Part shown: positions 59,000 to 60,000 of the stretch, one piece after another
Numbering within the stretch: the stretch's first letter is position 1
How the letters are laid out: the number at the start of each line of letters is the position of its first letter
Assembly: GCF_018350175.1 (NCBI RefSeq)
Contig: NC_058383.1
Coordinates: 18,478,001 to 18,538,000, forward strand
DNA: 60,000 nucleotides
Direction: 5' to 3'
Source: Felis catus
Taxonomy: Eukaryota
Made by a program: the position numbers and the translations under genes
Notes under the pieces: generated by a model
Seen by the model: only the letters and a program-made list of their open reading frames with translations
The model's database searches: none
Told to the model about the DNA's origin: nothing

Positions 59000-60000
59000 T
59001 AAGACTGAGCATTTTTAGTTCTTCACTATCTCTGATATTTTTTTACATGACGCCTTTCTCCTTATATTTTCCTAACTGGGTTTTTGGTTTTTTGTTTCAT
59101 TTATGTTTTTATTGGTCTGTAAGAACTTGTCATATGTATGGTAGTAGTCCTTTGCCTACGTATGTGTTCCATTATTTTCTCTCAAACTGTTGCTTGTCTT
59201 TACGTTTGGCTTGTACCGTACATTTCATGATGCAGAAATTCTGAATCTTTATGGTGCCAAATCTGACAGTCTAACTTTATGGCTTGGGGCTTTTGGGTAA
59301 CGTGTTATGAGACCATTTTCATTCACTGCCTTTTCTTTTAGCACTTGTATGGTTTTGGCTTCTATTGCTTAGAGCATTCATCTGTCTTTATAATTTTGTA
59401 TGTTATAAGTTAGCAGTTTTTGTTCCTACACTGTCCGTTGATGGTCTGTATCCTCCATTGATTTGAAATATCACTTACATACTAAATTCTTATGTGTACT
59501 TTAGCACAGCAATGCGTAGATCATTCTTGACTTCCAGTCGGAATTGCTTTTTTCATTTCGATGCCTAAACATTTTCGCTTGCGAAGTGTTAGTCGTGACT
59601 TGCCAAGAGCTCCTCTAGCTTGGGGTAAAACAGGGTTGTATCAGGGACTAGCACAATCTCCTTAGTTCATCTGAGCAGCTGTGCTCCAGGAAGAAAGAAA
59701 AGAAAGCAATACTAACCAAAGCATGTGTTTGAGTCCGTGAAAGCAATAGCTTTTCAGGGAGTCCCACCCTGTAGACTTCTACATACTTCTCATTGGCCAG
59801 AATTGGGCAGGTGACCTCACCCCTAGCTGCAAGAAAGTGTGGGAGGGGAGGATTTCTCATGTGGCAGATTGATACCTCAAACAAAATGGGGGTAAGGAGG
59901 AAGGGGTAAGTGGATATTGAATGGGGAACTGGGAGGGTCAGCTATATCACTCATCTTTCTTGTTCTTCAGAATTTCCCCAGGTATTCTTAAGAGACAAAG

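Overview
Mammalian genomic DNA from a carnivore, almost certainly a felid, judging by the dense felid-type CanSINEs and a felid/carnivore L1 3' end. The window looks like a rearranged segmental duplicate of the ARHGAP17-LCMT1 locus. From left to right it contains: (1) two late LCMT1 exons on +, one with an in-frame TGA; (2) an abrupt SINE-rich junction at about 4.8-5.5 kb; (3) ARHGAP17 exon 2 on -, about 25 kb of intron 1, and an ATG-less ARHGAP17 exon 1; (4) a ~0.9 kb GC-rich trinucleotide-based repeat expansion in that exon's 5'UTR/CpG island; (5) a full-length intronless TRIP11 (GMAP-210) retrocopy, head-to-head with that promoter; and (6) a second, internally triplicated ARHGAP17 exon-1/CpG island with a new in-frame ATG. 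The retrocopy's 5' half is an uninterrupted 952-aa ORF, while its 3' half is full of stops and frameshifts. This makes it the best candidate for a new gene: a truncated golgin retrogene that may have captured a duplicated promoter. Gene identities come from my recall of the human proteins, not from a database search. Repeat boundaries are approximate.
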